Below, piece after piece: positions 1-9,882 of a stretch of DNA of 32,000 bases (the first letter of the stretch is position 1; every line of letters starts with the position of its first letter). Source of the DNA: Propionibacterium ruminifibrarum (GTDB taxonomy: Bacteria > Actinomycetota > Actinomycetes > Propionibacteriales > Propionibacteriaceae); NCBI RefSeq assembly GCF_900289195.1, contig NZ_OMOH01000002.1:91206-123205 (forward strand), in the 5' to 3' direction. A program made the translations under genes and the position numbers. Below the pieces are notes generated by a model. That model saw only the letters and a program-made list of their open reading frames with translations, ran no database searches and was not told the origin of the DNA.

Positions 1-1594
1 CGCCGTAGCTGAAGGCCTTGTCGCGGTGGACGATCGCGCTGAAGGCGTCGACGGGTTCGCCGCTCAGCAGGATGTCGACCTTGACCATGTCGGCGCGCTG
101 CTCACCGCCCGGCTCGTAGTCGAGGCTGGCGTAGCCCCTGGTGCGGGACTTGAGGGCGTCGAAGAAGTCGAAGACGATCTCGCCGAGCGGCAGCTCGTAA
201 CGCATCTCGACGCGGTCCTCGGACAGGTAGTCCATGCCGAGCTGGGTACCGCGCCGGCTCTGACACAGCTCCATGACGGGGCCGATGAACTCGGCCGGGC
301 ACAGGATCGTGGCGCGCACGACCGGCTCGTAGACCGCCTCGATCCTGCCGTCGGGGAACTCCGACGGGTTCTGCACCCAGTGCTCGGAGCCGTCCTCCAT
401 GACGACGCGGTAGTTCACGCTCGGCGCCGTGCTGATCAGGTCGAGGCCGAATTCGCGTTCGAGGCGTTCCTGGATGATCTCCATGTGGAGCAGGCCGAGG
501 AAGCCGGCGCGGAAGCCGAGCCCGAGGGCGCCGGAGGTCTCGGGCTCGAAGGTCAGGGAGGCGTCGTTGAGCTGGAGTTTCTCGAGTGCCTCGCGCAGTT
601 CCGGGAAGTCACCGGCCTCGATCGGGTACAGGCCGGCGAAGACCATCGGCTTGGGGTCCTTGTATCCTGCCAGCGGCTCCCCGGCCGGGCTGGTGGCCAG
701 GGTCACGGTGTCACCGACGCGCGACTGGCGCACGTCCTTCACCCCGGTGATGAGGTAGCCGACCTCGCCCACCGACAGGGCCTGGCAGGTGGCCGGTTCG
801 GGTGAGTGGACACCGATCTCCAGCACCTCGTGGGTGGCGCCCGTGGACATCATGCGAATGCGGTCCCGGTGGCTCAGACGCCCGTCGACGACGCGCACAT
901 AGGTGACGACACCGCGGTAGATGTCGTAGACGGAGTCGAAGATGAGGGCGCGGGCCCTGCCGTCGGCGTCCCCGGTTGGCGCGGGCACCTGCTCGACGAT
1001 CGCGGTGAGCAGTTCGGGGACTCCCTCGCCGGTCTTCGCCGAAACGCGCAGGACGTCCGAGGGATCGCAGCCGATGATGCCGGCGATCTCGTCGGCGAAC
1101 TTGTCGGGCTGCGCGCCGGGCAGGTCGATCTTGTTGAGCACCGGGATGATCGTCAGGTCGGCCTCGAGCGCCAGGTAGAGGTTCGCCAGGGTCTGGGCCT
1201 CGATGCCCTGGGCCGCGTCGACGAGCAGGACCGCCCCCTCGCAGGCCTCCAGGGAACGGCTCACCTCGTAGGTGAAGTCGACGTGGCCAGGGGTGTCGAT
1301 CATGTTGAGGACGAATTCCTGGTCGCCGACGGTCCAGGGCATCCGCACCGCCTGGGACTTGATGGTGATGCCGCGCTCACGTTCGATGTCCATCTTGTCG
1401 AGGTACTGGGCACGCATCTCGCGTTCCTCGACGATGCCGGTCAGCTGCAGCATCCGGTCGGCCAGCGTCGACTTGCCGTGGTCGATGTGTGCGATGATGC
1501 TGAAGTTGCGGATGACTGCCGGGTCGGTGGCTCCGGGCTGGACGGTCAAGCTCGTTGACTCCTCGATCGATCGTGCGTCTGCTCGTGGCGCCAT
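1..1594 (-). CDS. lepA: Elongation factor 4 (LepA GTPase); 3' end cut by the window edge
   Basis: Missing from the ORF track because no stop codon lies inside the window. Hand translation of the minus strand from ATG 1594-1592 gives [53 protein letters not shown]...ERERGITIK...[14 protein letters not shown]...LNKIDLPGA...SAKTGEGV. This is followed by LepA-type C-terminal sequence ([38 protein letters not shown]). Track ORFs 26..805 and 806..1558 (+) are antisense frames of this gene. Confidence 0.93.
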   Translation of the reverse strand, partial: MAPRADARSIEESTSLTVQPGATDPAVIRNFSIIAHIDHGKSTLADRMLQLTGIVEEREMRAQYLDKMDIERERGITIKSQAVRMPWTVGDQEFVLNMIDTPGHVDFTYEVSRSLEACEGAVLLVDAAQGIEAQTLANLYLALEADLTIIPVLNKIDLPGAQPDKFADEIAGIIGCDPSDVLRVSAKTGEGVPELLTAIVEQVPAPTGDADGRARALIFDSVYDIYRGVVTYVRVVDGRLSHRDRIRMMSTGATHEVLEIGVHSPEPATCQALSVGEVGYLITGVKDVRQSRVGDTVTLATSPAGEPLAGYKDPKPMVFAGLYPIEAGDFPELREALEKLQLNDASLTFEPETSGALGLGFRAGFLGLLHMEIIQERLEREFGLDLISTAPSVNYRVVMEDGSEHWVQNPSEFPDGRIEAVYEPVVRATILCPAEFIGPVMELCQSRRGTQLGMDYLSEDRVEMRYELPLGEIVFDFFDALKSRTRGYASLDYEPGGEQRADMVKVDILLSGEPVDAFSAIVHRDKAFSYG

Positions 1595-1697
1595 GACGCC
1601 GGATCGCTGGAGCGCCGGTGCATCGGTGGGGCCGCAGGCGAGTCCCATTGTCGCACGCCGCTGAAACAGGCTGGATCCGGCGCGACGCAGCGGATGG

Positions 1698-1726
1698 TTT
1701 GGGACCGTCGGGCTCGAATGGTAAGA
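1698..1726 (+). promoter_or_regulatory. Candidate sigma-70-type promoter for rpsT (TTGGGA-N17-TAAGAT with an extended -10 TG)
   Basis: ttggga at 1698-1703, a 17-nt spacer ending in tgg, and taagat at 1721-1726 (TANNNT form). It lies about 75 nt upstream of the rpsT GTG, in the lepA/rpsT divergent intergenic region. Pattern match only. Confidence 0.45.
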
Positions 1727-1802
1727 TCATTCGCTGTGTTTGCGCGGCACCGCTGGTTCCGCCGGACACGAAATCACCCAGGAACGGACCAGAGGTTTTC
1801 AC

Positions 1803-2063
1803 GTGGCAAACATCAAGTCGCAGAAGAAGCGCATCAAGACGAACGAGAAGGCTCGCCGCCGCAACAGGGCCGTGAAGTCGGCGCTGCGCACGCATGTGCG
1901 TCACTTCCGCGAGGCCGCTGCCGCCGGTGACAAGGAGAAGGCGCTCGAGCTGGCGAAAGTCGCCAACCGCGCCCTCGACAAGGCCGCCTCCGCAGGGGTC
2001 ATCCACGCCAACCAGGCCGCCAACCGCAAGTCCGCCATCTCCCTCAAGGCCAACTCGCTCTGA
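1803..2063 (+). CDS. rpsT: 30S ribosomal protein S20
   Basis: Track ORF 1740..2063 contains [35 protein letters not shown]...[26 protein letters not shown], a canonical S20 sequence. I place the start at GTG 1803 (ANIKSQ is the usual S20 N-terminus). The upstream 21 codons look non-native. Confidence 0.93.
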   Translation: MANIKSQKKRIKTNEKARRRNRAVKSALRTHVRHFREAAAAGDKEKALELAKVANRALDKAASAGVIHANQAANRKSAISLKANSL

Positions 2064-2110
2064 CCCCGCGGCCGCCACAGCGGCGGCCGGATCAGATTCG
2101 GAGACCTCAC

Positions 2111-2148
2111 GCGCCCCGATCCCCCTGGGTGGTCGGGGCGCTTGTTCG
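2111..2148 (+). terminator. Hairpin terminator in the convergent rpsT/holA gap
   Basis: gcgccccga (2111-2119) pairs with tcggggcgc (2133-2141), giving a 9-bp stem. It is followed by ttgttcg. It lies 48 nt after the rpsT stop. Confidence 0.55.
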
Positions 2149-2242
2149 CGTCCTGGCAGGGACGCGGGACGGTTCGCGCCGGTGGTTCACGACAGCCCCG
2201 GCACGCGCGCGGCCCGGTCTGCCACGGCACGGTCGCGGCGGG

Positions 2243-3283
2243 TCACCGGCGGCGGACACCGCGACCGGCCGAGCGGGCCCCGTCGATGGCCAGGAGCATC
2301 TGTTCGAGGACGAAGTGCGGGTCGGTGGCGGCGCCCTTGACGGCGGCGTCCGCCGTGGCGACCGAGACCAGGGCCCGGGCGACACCGCCGGGCTGCCAGC
2401 CCCGCGCCTGGGCTCGCAGTGTCTTGACCTTCCACGGGCCGACACCGCAGATCCGTGCCATCTCGTTGTCGCGGAGGCGCTCGCCCTGCGCGCCGAGGTA
2501 GAGACCCAGGGCGCGCAGGTCGGCGGCGAATGCCGCCGTGATGGCGGCCGGGTGCACCCCGCAGGACAGTGCCCACCGCAGTTTCTCCAGGGCCTGGCCG
2601 GGCTGCCCGGCGAGCGCGTCGGCGCTCACCGCGTAGCCGGTGATGTCGACACGGCCGGCGAAGTAGCGGTTGACGACCTCGGCGGTGAGGCGCTCGCCCT
2701 GCCAGTCGGAGGAGAGCTGGCTCACGGCACCCGCCAGGGCGCGCAGGTCCTTGCCGACGGCCTCGACGAGACCCTGGGCGGCCCGGCCCTCAATGCTCAT
2801 ACCCTGGTCGCGGGCCTCGTTGATGACGAAGTCGGTGAGTTCCCAGGCCTTGAGCGGCTCGGCGGCGATCTGCGTGACCTTGGCCTTGCGGAGCTTGGTG
2901 AGCAGCCCCCGGCCCTTGGTGCCGCCGCCGTGCACCGCGATGACGCTGACCGTCCGGGTGGGAGCCTCGGCGAACTCGAGCAGCCGGGCGGCAAGCCCCT
3001 CGTCGGCGCTGCCCACGTCGCGGAGGACGACCACGCTGCAGGTGGCGAAGAGGGACTCGCCGGTGGCTTCGAGGAAGTCGGCGGCCGACGCCGAGGAGGC
3101 GTCGAGCTCGTTGATCTGCGCATCGGGCTGCTCCGCACGCGCCTGGTCGAGGATGCGGGCGATGGCCCGCTCGGCCAGCAGCGACTCGGAGCCGTGGACG
3201 AGTGTCGTCGTGCCGAAGACGGATTCTGGACTCACCCCGCCATCGTGCCACCGGGCGCCGGCTTTTTCCTCCCACCGGCGCAT
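2243..3283 (-). CDS. holA: DNA polymerase III delta subunit
   Basis: 346-aa ORF with HolA-like sequence (LVHGSESLLAERA..., ...VLRDV...). It occupies the conserved position directly downstream of comEC (1-nt gap) and convergent with rpsT. The exact start is uncertain. Confidence 0.82.
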   Translation of the reverse strand: MRRWEEKAGARWHDGGVSPESVFGTTTLVHGSESLLAERAIARILDQARAEQPDAQINELDASSASAADFLEATGESLFATCSVVVLRDVGSADEGLAARLLEFAEAPTRTVSVIAVHGGGTKGRGLLTKLRKAKVTQIAAEPLKAWELTDFVINEARDQGMSIEGRAAQGLVEAVGKDLRALAGAVSQLSSDWQGERLTAEVVNRYFAGRVDITGYAVSADALAGQPGQALEKLRWALSCGVHPAAITAAFAADLRALGLYLGAQGERLRDNEMARICGVGPWKVKTLRAQARGWQPGGVARALVSVATADAAVKGAATDPHFVLEQMLLAIDGARSAGRGVRRR

Positions 3284-3284
3284 C

Positions 3285-5711
3285 TCATCTCCTGCTCACC
3301 GCCGTCACCGCACCGCCGGCTGCGGGTGTCACGGCGATCGCACCGTTGAGATCGGTGCGCAGCACCGTCATGCCGAGCCGGTTCAGCTCGGCCACCGTTG
3401 CGTCGGCGGGATGCCCATAGGAGTTGGCGGCCCCGACACTGATGAGGGCGAGCCGCGCCCCGGTGGCCGCCAGGAACTCGGGACTCTGGCGCGCCGACCC
3501 GTGGTGGGCCACCTTGAGGACGTCGGCGTGCAGGTCGAGGCCGGCCGCGACGGCGTGGTCCTGGCCGGCCGTCTCGAGGTCACCGGTGACCAGGACGCTG
3601 ATGCCCTGCACGGTGATCCGGCCCAGGATGCTCGCATCGTTCTCGGTCGAACTCTCCAGCGCCTGCGCGCCGGCGGTGGTGGATGGCGCGTGGGCCTGCA
3701 GTGTCTGCCAGTCGACCTGCCCGACGCTGATGCGTTCTCCGGCCCGCGCCGTCCGGGTCGGGACGCCCCCGGCGGCCAACAGGGCACGCACCCGGCGGGC
3801 CCCACTGGCCGGGGACTCCAGCGGGCTGAGCAGGGCGAGATCGATGCGCGCGTGCCGGGTGATCTCCTCCAGTCCGCCGATGTGGTCATCGTGGAAGTGA
3901 CTGAGGACGAGCAGGCTCACGTGATCGACGTGCTGTTCGCTCAGGCAGCGAGCCGCGGCGTCGCCGGGCGGTCCGACGTCGATGAGGACGGCTGCGCGGC
4001 GGCCGGTGCGCACCAGGGTCGCATCGCCCTGGCCCACGTCGCAGCTGAGGACAGCCCAGTCGGACGGCCACCCCGGGGCGGCGGGCCGCCACAGGCAGCC
4101 GGTGACGAGGAGCACGGCCAGGGCGCAACAACCCAGTGGCCGGTGGGCGACCCGACCGGTGACCCGGGCCAGGGCCAGGCACACGCAACTCAGGACGGCG
4201 AGCGACCAGCCGGAAGCCGGCCAGGTGAGTGTGGCCGTCGGCAGCCTCCCGCACGCCCGCGCAATGAGGATGATCGGTTCGGCGCACCAGCCCGCGCACC
4301 ATCCGAGAACCACCCCGAGCGGCGGGCACAGCACCCCGGCCAGGGCCGCCAGGAGACCGAGGACGGTGACCGGCGCGACGAACGGCCCGGCCGCCATGTT
4401 GGCGGCGACCCCGGCCAGCGAGATGCTTCCGGACAGGGCGGTGATGATCGGCTGCGTCGCGAGCTGAGCGGCCGCCGGCACGCAGACGGATTCGGCCAGC
4501 CATTCCGGCGCCCACGTGCTCATGGCGCGGCGCCAGCTGCCGGACCACCAGAGGATCCCGCCGGTGGCCGCGACGGACAGCGCGAATCCCCAGCTGCGGG
4601 CCAGCCACGGGTCGACGAGGATGAGCAGCCACACGGCGCAGGACAGGTGACGCAGTGCGGCCGGGCCAAGGCCCCGGCGTCCCGTGGCCGCCAGCGCCAC
4701 GACCCCCATGGCCGCCGCGCGCAGGACGCTCGGCTCGGCCCGGCACAGACCGATGAACGCCACCACGACGAGCACGGCCAGCCCCCTCAGCCACCAGCCG
4801 CGGACGCCCACCGTCCTGGCGACCACGAGGACGAAGGCGAGCATGAGGGTCAGATTGGTGCCGGAGACAGCCGTCAGGTGGGTGAGGCTGGAGGCCTTGA
4901 AGTCCTCCTTGAGCGAGCCGTCGAGGGCGCTGACATCGCCCTCGACGAGCGAGGGCACCAGCCCGGCTTGATCGTCCGGGTTGTGCCGCAGCGACTCGTG
5001 CAGGCGTGAGCGCACCGCGTTGACCACCCGGTCGAGGGGGCCGGGAGCCGCCGTGCTGGTGATGTCGCCCTGCGGTTTCAGGGCCGCGGTGAGGCCGTCG
5101 CCCCGGCTGCGGGGCGGGGCCGCCCGGGCGACCAGGCGCACCCGCTCCCCCACGTGGAGCCCGGCGAGCCGGTCTCCCGTCTCGCCGGATGCGCTGATCT
5201 CGACCCTGCCCCGCACGTGCCAGCTGGCGCCGCGAGCCGTGACGGTCTCGACGACGGCGGCGACGCGGGCCCCGGCCGGGAAGGAGCCCTTCTGCTCGAA
5301 CCGCACCGGGTCGCCGGCGACGCGCGCGCTGACCTCGACGACGGCCCGGTCCGAGGCCGCGTCGGCCAGCGGACCGTGCTCGCACCCGTGGATGTGTCCC
5401 GCGCTGCAGGCAATGGCACTGGCCGTCACGAGCGCGGCACCCGCGACCGCCCACCGGCGGCGGGCTCCGGCGCCGGCCAGCACGACCAGGCAGCCCACGA
5501 GGGCCGGCAGGCGGACCTGGGCGGGGGCGCTGAGCGCCAGCAGCGCACCGGCCCAGGCGCACAGTGCGGGCGCGACGAGTCTGAGGTCGGGAACGGGCTC
5601 GGCCGGCGCGACCTGCCGGACGCCGTGGGCCGGCCCCGCCCTGCCCGTGGCCGGGCCGTTGCGAACCGGCCCGGACGCCGGTGCGGCCCGTGGACGCTCA
5701 GACCCGGACAT
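3285..5711 (-). CDS. comEC: ComEC/Rec2 DNA internalisation channel protein with a C-terminal metallo-beta-lactamase domain
   Basis: 808 aa with a polytopic membrane core. The MBL motifs are present: SCDVGQGDATLV, LVLSHFHDDHIGGL, VAHHGS. Its start overlaps the comEA 3' end by 14 nt. Confidence 0.9.
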   Translation of the reverse strand: MSGSERPRAAPASGPVRNGPATGRAGPAHGVRQVAPAEPVPDLRLVAPALCAWAGALLALSAPAQVRLPALVGCLVVLAGAGARRRWAVAGAALVTASAIACSAGHIHGCEHGPLADAASDRAVVEVSARVAGDPVRFEQKGSFPAGARVAAVVETVTARGASWHVRGRVEISASGETGDRLAGLHVGERVRLVARAAPPRSRGDGLTAALKPQGDITSTAAPGPLDRVVNAVRSRLHESLRHNPDDQAGLVPSLVEGDVSALDGSLKEDFKASSLTHLTAVSGTNLTLMLAFVLVVARTVGVRGWWLRGLAVLVVVAFIGLCRAEPSVLRAAAMGVVALAATGRRGLGPAALRHLSCAVWLLILVDPWLARSWGFALSVAATGGILWWSGSWRRAMSTWAPEWLAESVCVPAAAQLATQPIITALSGSISLAGVAANMAAGPFVAPVTVLGLLAALAGVLCPPLGVVLGWCAGWCAEPIILIARACGRLPTATLTWPASGWSLAVLSCVCLALARVTGRVAHRPLGCCALAVLLVTGCLWRPAAPGWPSDWAVLSCDVGQGDATLVRTGRRAAVLIDVGPPGDAAARCLSEQHVDHVSLLVLSHFHDDHIGGLEEITRHARIDLALLSPLESPASGARRVRALLAAGGVPTRTARAGERISVGQVDWQTLQAHAPSTTAGAQALESSTENDASILGRITVQGISVLVTGDLETAGQDHAVAAGLDLHADVLKVAHHGSARQSPEFLAATGARLALISVGAANSYGHPADATVAELNRLGMTVLRTDLNGAIAVTPAAGGAVTAVSRR

Positions 5712-6648
5712 GGTCCTTGATCCGCGCGTAGAGCTTCTCGCCGATGCCGCTGACCTCCTGCAGCTCCTCCACCCGTGAGAAGCGGCCGTGCTCGGTGCGC
5801 CACTCGATGATGCGTTCGGCGAGCACCGGTCCGATCCCGGACAGCTCCTCGAGCTGGGCGGCGGTGGCGGAGTTCAGGTCGATCAGGTCGTCCCCGCCGC
5901 CCTCCGGCCCGCTGCCCGCGGGTGCCTCCCCGGCGCCGGGCCCCGGGGAGGCACCCGGCTGGTTCAGTTCACCGCGCGGGGCCCCAGAGGTGCCGATGAT
6001 GATCTGGCAGCCGTCGCTGACCGGCTGGGCGAGGTTGAGCTCGCCCGGGTCGGCGTCGTCGCTGAAGCCGCCCGCCGCGTCAATGGCGTCCTGGACGCGC
6101 GCATCGACCGGCACCTGCACGACGCCCGGGGCGTGCACCGCGCCGGTGACGTGCACGCGGATGATCGCCGGGGACGACTGGGGCTGCGATGGCGGGGTCG
6201 ATTCCGGGCTCCCGGCCTGGGGAGTGTCAGTTCCCTCGGCACCGATGCTGGGGGCCGGCGCGTCGACCGTCGTCGCCCGGGCGCGCAGCACCTGGGTGAC
6301 GCTGAACACGAGGACGACGACGCAGACGATGGTGATGACCGCGACGTGGGCCCGGCCGAACTCGTACAGCCGCTGGACTGGGCGACCGGCACCACCGGGA
6401 GCCCCGGCCGGCCCCGGCCTGAGAGCTGGGACCGTGCCCGGGTGGTCCGCCTCGGCGTCGGGGTCCTCGGCGGGCTCGTCGATCTGGTCCGGCGGCTGAT
6501 CCGCGTCACCGTCCCACCGGTCGTCGGATCCCGCCCCTGCCAGGATCCGACGAGGGGCGCCGGGCAGCGGGCCGGCGCTCGCCGCGATCTCGCGCAGGCG
6601 AAGGGCCGGCCCGTCAGGTTGTGAACCGTGTCTGAACCCGCGTGTCAT
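5698..6648 (-). CDS. comEA: ComEA-type DNA receptor (TM anchor, SLBB-like domain, C-terminal helix-hairpin-helix pair)
   Basis: The C-terminus reads LNSATAAQLEELSGIGPVLAERIIEWRTEHGRFSRVEELQEVSGIGEKLYARI (tandem HhH). There is a TM segment VAVITIVCVVVLVFSV. The long Pro/Asp-rich N-terminus means the true start could lie downstream of 6648. Confidence 0.85.
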   Translation of the reverse strand: MTRGFRHGSQPDGPALRLREIAASAGPLPGAPRRILAGAGSDDRWDGDADQPPDQIDEPAEDPDAEADHPGTVPALRPGPAGAPGGAGRPVQRLYEFGRAHVAVITIVCVVVLVFSVTQVLRARATTVDAPAPSIGAEGTDTPQAGSPESTPPSQPQSSPAIIRVHVTGAVHAPGVVQVPVDARVQDAIDAAGGFSDDADPGELNLAQPVSDGCQIIIGTSGAPRGELNQPGASPGPGAGEAPAGSGPEGGGDDLIDLNSATAAQLEELSGIGPVLAERIIEWRTEHGRFSRVEELQEVSGIGEKLYARIKDHVRV

Positions 6649-6716
6649 GCCCGCAGTGTGCGCGGGTCAGGGCCGGTTCGATCAGGCGGACAACACCTTG
6701 TGGGCCGGCCCCGCGG

Positions 6717-8429
6717 TCACAGCGCGTCGACGATCTCCAGGTCGGGGTACTCGGCGTGCCACATGCGGTCGGCGATCGCCTGCACCGGGTCCTCTGGAAC
6801 GACACGGGCCAGTCCCTCGTCGATCGCCTGCTGTGCGACGGCCAGGCCGACCCTGGCGCTGATGGCCCGCAGCCGGTGAATGGCGGGCAGCAGTGACGCG
6901 CCCTGCTCGTCGCTGGAGCCGGCGTGGGCGAGGCACTTGGCCGCGGCGAGGATCATGCCGTCGCTGACGCGTGCGGCCTCGACGGTGATGACGCCGAGCC
7001 CGATGCCGGGGAACACCAGCGCATTGTTGGCCTGGGCGATCTGGTACCGGGTGCCCTTGTAGGTGATCGGTTCGAAGGGCGAACCGGTGGCGATGAGGGC
7101 CCGGCCCCCGGTCCACTCCAGCAGGTCTTCGGGCAGGGCCTCGGCCTTGGAGGTCGGATTGGACAGCGGCAGGATGATCGGTGATGCCTGGTACGAGGCC
7201 ATCTCGCGGATGATCTCCTCGGTGAAGGCGCCGGGCTGGGCCGAGCATCCGATGAGCATCGTGGGACGCACCCTCCGGACGACCTCGGCCAGGTCGTGGC
7301 CGTGCGGGGAGGTCGGCCAGCCGGCGACGTCGCTCGTGGACCGTGCGTAGGGTTCCTGGAAGTCGCGCATGTGGCCGCCGTCGACGATGAGGCCACGGCT
7401 GCCCAGCGCCCAGAATCGGCGGCGGGCCTCCTGCGCGTCCAGCCCCCGTTCGATCATGAACTGCACGAGCAGGTCCGAGATGCCGACGCCGGCGGTGCCC
7501 GCCCCGTGGACGACGATCCGCTGCTCCTCGATCGGCACCCCGGAGCGCCTGGCCCCGGCCAGGGCCGCCGCCGCCACGACGGCCGCCGTGCCCTGGATGT
7601 CGTCGTTGAAGGTGCACAGTTCGTTGCGGTAGCGGTTGAGGATCCGGTGGGCGTTGGACGCACCGAAGTCCTCCCAGTGGAGCATCGCATGGGGGAAGAG
7701 CTCGGTGACGGTCCTGGTGAACTGGTCGACGAAGTCGTCGTAACGCTCGCCGCGGACGCGCGAGTGACGCACGCCCAGGTACGTCTCGTCGTTGAGCAGG
7801 TCGAGGTTGTTGGTGCCGGTGTCGAGGACGACCGGCAGGACGCGGTCGGGGCGGATGCCGGCCGCCGCCGTGTACACGGCGAGCTTGCCGATCGCGATGG
7901 AGATGCCGCCGACCCCCTGGTCGCCGATACCGAGGATGCCCTCGGAGTCGGTGACGACGATGAGGTCGACGTCGTCGGCGCCGTAGCCGTAGGCCAGGAG
8001 GGCGTCGGTCATGTCCTCGGGATGGTCGATGTCGATGAAGACGCCGCGCGGCCGGTGGAACCAGTGGCTGTATTCCTCGATGGCGCGTCCGATGGTGGGC
8101 GTGTAGATGATCGGCAGCATCTGCTCGACGTGCTCGGAGACGAGCCGGTAGAACAGGATCTCGTTGCGTTCCTTGAGCGTGTTGAGGAAGATGTACCGCG
8201 CCATGTCGTTGGGCTCGGTCTTGTACTGGGCGTAGATGCGTTTGAGCTGGTCGTTGAGGTCGACGACCCCGGGCGGCAGCAGACCGACGAGGCCGAGCCG
8301 CTCGCGCTGCTCCCTCGTGAACGCGGTACCGAAGTTGGTCAGCGGGTGGGTGAGCACCTCGCGCCCTCGTGAGGCGATGCGCACGACGTCGCGGCCGTTC
8401 CTGCGGATGTACTCGAAATCCCTGCTCAC
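6717..8429 (-). CDS. maeA: NAD-dependent malic enzyme (oxaloacetate-decarboxylating malate dehydrogenase)
   Basis: 570 aa, colinear with MaeA/SfcA-type malic enzymes. Matching segments include LTHPLTNFGTAFTREQRERLGLVGLLPP, ERNEILFYRL, IIYTPTIG, FNDDIQGTAAV and VVHGAGTAGVGI (NAD-binding GxGxxG). Confidence 0.9.
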   Translation of the reverse strand: MSRDFEYIRRNGRDVVRIASRGREVLTHPLTNFGTAFTREQRERLGLVGLLPPGVVDLNDQLKRIYAQYKTEPNDMARYIFLNTLKERNEILFYRLVSEHVEQMLPIIYTPTIGRAIEEYSHWFHRPRGVFIDIDHPEDMTDALLAYGYGADDVDLIVVTDSEGILGIGDQGVGGISIAIGKLAVYTAAAGIRPDRVLPVVLDTGTNNLDLLNDETYLGVRHSRVRGERYDDFVDQFTRTVTELFPHAMLHWEDFGASNAHRILNRYRNELCTFNDDIQGTAAVVAAAALAGARRSGVPIEEQRIVVHGAGTAGVGISDLLVQFMIERGLDAQEARRRFWALGSRGLIVDGGHMRDFQEPYARSTSDVAGWPTSPHGHDLAEVVRRVRPTMLIGCSAQPGAFTEEIIREMASYQASPIILPLSNPTSKAEALPEDLLEWTGGRALIATGSPFEPITYKGTRYQIAQANNALVFPGIGLGVITVEAARVSDGMILAAAKCLAHAGSSDEQGASLLPAIHRLRAISARVGLAVAQQAIDEGLARVVPEDPVQAIADRMWHAEYPDLEIVDAL

Positions 8430-8466
8430 TGTTCCTCCTCTGCGTGTTGGAGCGGGACGGCCCGGC

Positions 8467-9756
8467 TCATGCCGGGGCGAAGACGTTGTCCAGGTCGAAG
8501 GTCGGGCGGCCGTGCAGGACGGTGGCCACGACCCGGCTGTGGTAGGTGCGTTTCTTGTACGGGGTGTTGCGGGCTATCGACGACAGTGCGGCGGGGTCGA
8601 CCTGCCAGGGCCGCTGCGGGTCGACCAGGCACAGGGCCGCCGGCCGGCCGGCCGACAGGTCGCCGCCGTACAGGTGGTCGAGGCCGAGCAGGCGGGCCGG
8701 CCGGGTGGACATCACCTCGGCGAGCCCGGCCCAGCTCATGCGTCCGGTACGGACGAACAGGTCGGCCACGACGGACAACGCCGTCTCGAGGCCGAGCATG
8801 CCGTTGGCCGCCCGGTCCCAGTCGCACTGCTTGGCCGTCTCGGGGTGGGGGGCGTGGTCGGTGCCGACCATGTCGATGGTGCCGTCGAGGAGCGCCTCGC
8901 GCACCGCCGCGACGTCGGCGGTGCTGCGCAGCGGCGGGTTGACCTTGAAGTCGGGGTCACCGGATGCGGTGGCGCCCGAGTCGAGGGACAGGTGGTGGGG
9001 GGTGGCCTCGGCGGTCACCTGGAAGCCCTGCTGCTTGGCCCAGCGCACGACCTCGACGCCCGAGGCCGTGGAGACGTGGCACACGTGCAGGCGGGCGCCG
9101 AGGTAGCCGGCCATGATCGCGTCGCGGGCGATGATCGTCGACTCGGCCATCGCCGGCCAGCCGGTCTTGCCGAGGGCGCGGGACAGCTCGCCCTCGTCGA
9201 GCTGGGCGCCGACCGTCAGGGCGGGGTCCTGGCTGTGCTGGGCGAGCACTCCCCCGACGGCGCTGATCCGTTCGAGTGCCTCGCGCATGAGATCGGAGCG
9301 CCACACGCACATGCCGTCGTCGCTGAACATGCGCACCGCGGCGCGGCTGGCGGCCATCTCCTCGATGGCGGCGAGTTCCTGTCCGGCCAGGTTCTTCGTG
9401 ACCGCGCCGATCGGGTACAGGTCGCACAGGCCGAGGCCGTCGGCCGTGTCGCGCTCGTACTCGACGACCGCGGCCGTGTCGGCGACGGGGTCGGTGTTGG
9501 CCATGACGAAGACGGCGCCGAAACCACCGGCCGCGGCGGCCGTCAGGCCCGTGGCGATCGTCTCGGCGTCCCCCTTGCCCGGGTCGCGCAGGTGCGTGTG
9601 GGGGTCGACGAGAGCCGGCAGCGCGACCAGGCCGGCGCAGTCGATGGACCGCGCCCCGGGCCCCAGGGCATCGGGATCGGCGATGGTGTCGCCGTCGATG
9701 CCCAGGTCGCGTGGCCCGCGTCCGAGGACGTCGACGTCGCGCAGAATCAGCTGCAT
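8467..9756 (-). CDS. pyrC: Dihydroorotase (class I cyclic amidohydrolase), not in a pyr operon context
   Basis: 429 aa. Metal-ligand motifs are LVDPHTHLRDPG, FSDDG, HVCHVST, EATPHHL, NPPLR and VGTDHAPH. A related amidohydrolase (allantoinase/hydantoinase-like) cannot be excluded by eye. Confidence 0.78.
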   Translation of the reverse strand: MQLILRDVDVLGRGPRDLGIDGDTIADPDALGPGARSIDCAGLVALPALVDPHTHLRDPGKGDAETIATGLTAAAAGGFGAVFVMANTDPVADTAAVVEYERDTADGLGLCDLYPIGAVTKNLAGQELAAIEEMAASRAAVRMFSDDGMCVWRSDLMREALERISAVGGVLAQHSQDPALTVGAQLDEGELSRALGKTGWPAMAESTIIARDAIMAGYLGARLHVCHVSTASGVEVVRWAKQQGFQVTAEATPHHLSLDSGATASGDPDFKVNPPLRSTADVAAVREALLDGTIDMVGTDHAPHPETAKQCDWDRAANGMLGLETALSVVADLFVRTGRMSWAGLAEVMSTRPARLLGLDHLYGGDLSAGRPAALCLVDPQRPWQVDPAALSSIARNTPYKKRTYHSRVVATVLHGRPTFDLDNVFAPA

Positions 9757-9817
9757 GGGTCTCTCCTGTTCGTCGGCTCGCAGGCGGGAAGGTCCGGCCG
9801 TTCCGGGCGATTGTGCG

Positions 9818-9856
9818 CGCAGGCGCGCCGAACCGGTCCGGTGCGGCGCGCCTGCG
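9818..9856 (-). terminator. GC-rich hairpin after leuS (13-bp perfect stem, no U-tract)
   Basis: cgcaggcgcgccg (9818-9830) pairs with cggcgcgcctgcg (9844-9856). The interior accgg-t-ccggt can extend the stem. It lies 27 nt downstream of the leuS stop on the minus strand. Confidence 0.5.
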
Positions 9857-9882
9857 GCATGTCGATCACTGCTCCCTCGTCG

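Noticed and set aside
26-1558. Plus-strand ORFs 26..805 and 806..1558
   Set aside because: They are antisense frames of lepA. The track missed lepA because its stop lies outside the window.
2670-5009. 779-aa plus-strand ORF, plus many shorter overlapping ORFs across 2100-6650
   Set aside because: They are antisense or out of frame relative to the well-supported holA, comEC and comEA genes. Their composition is Arg/Pro/Gly/Ala-rich and nothing recognisable is present.
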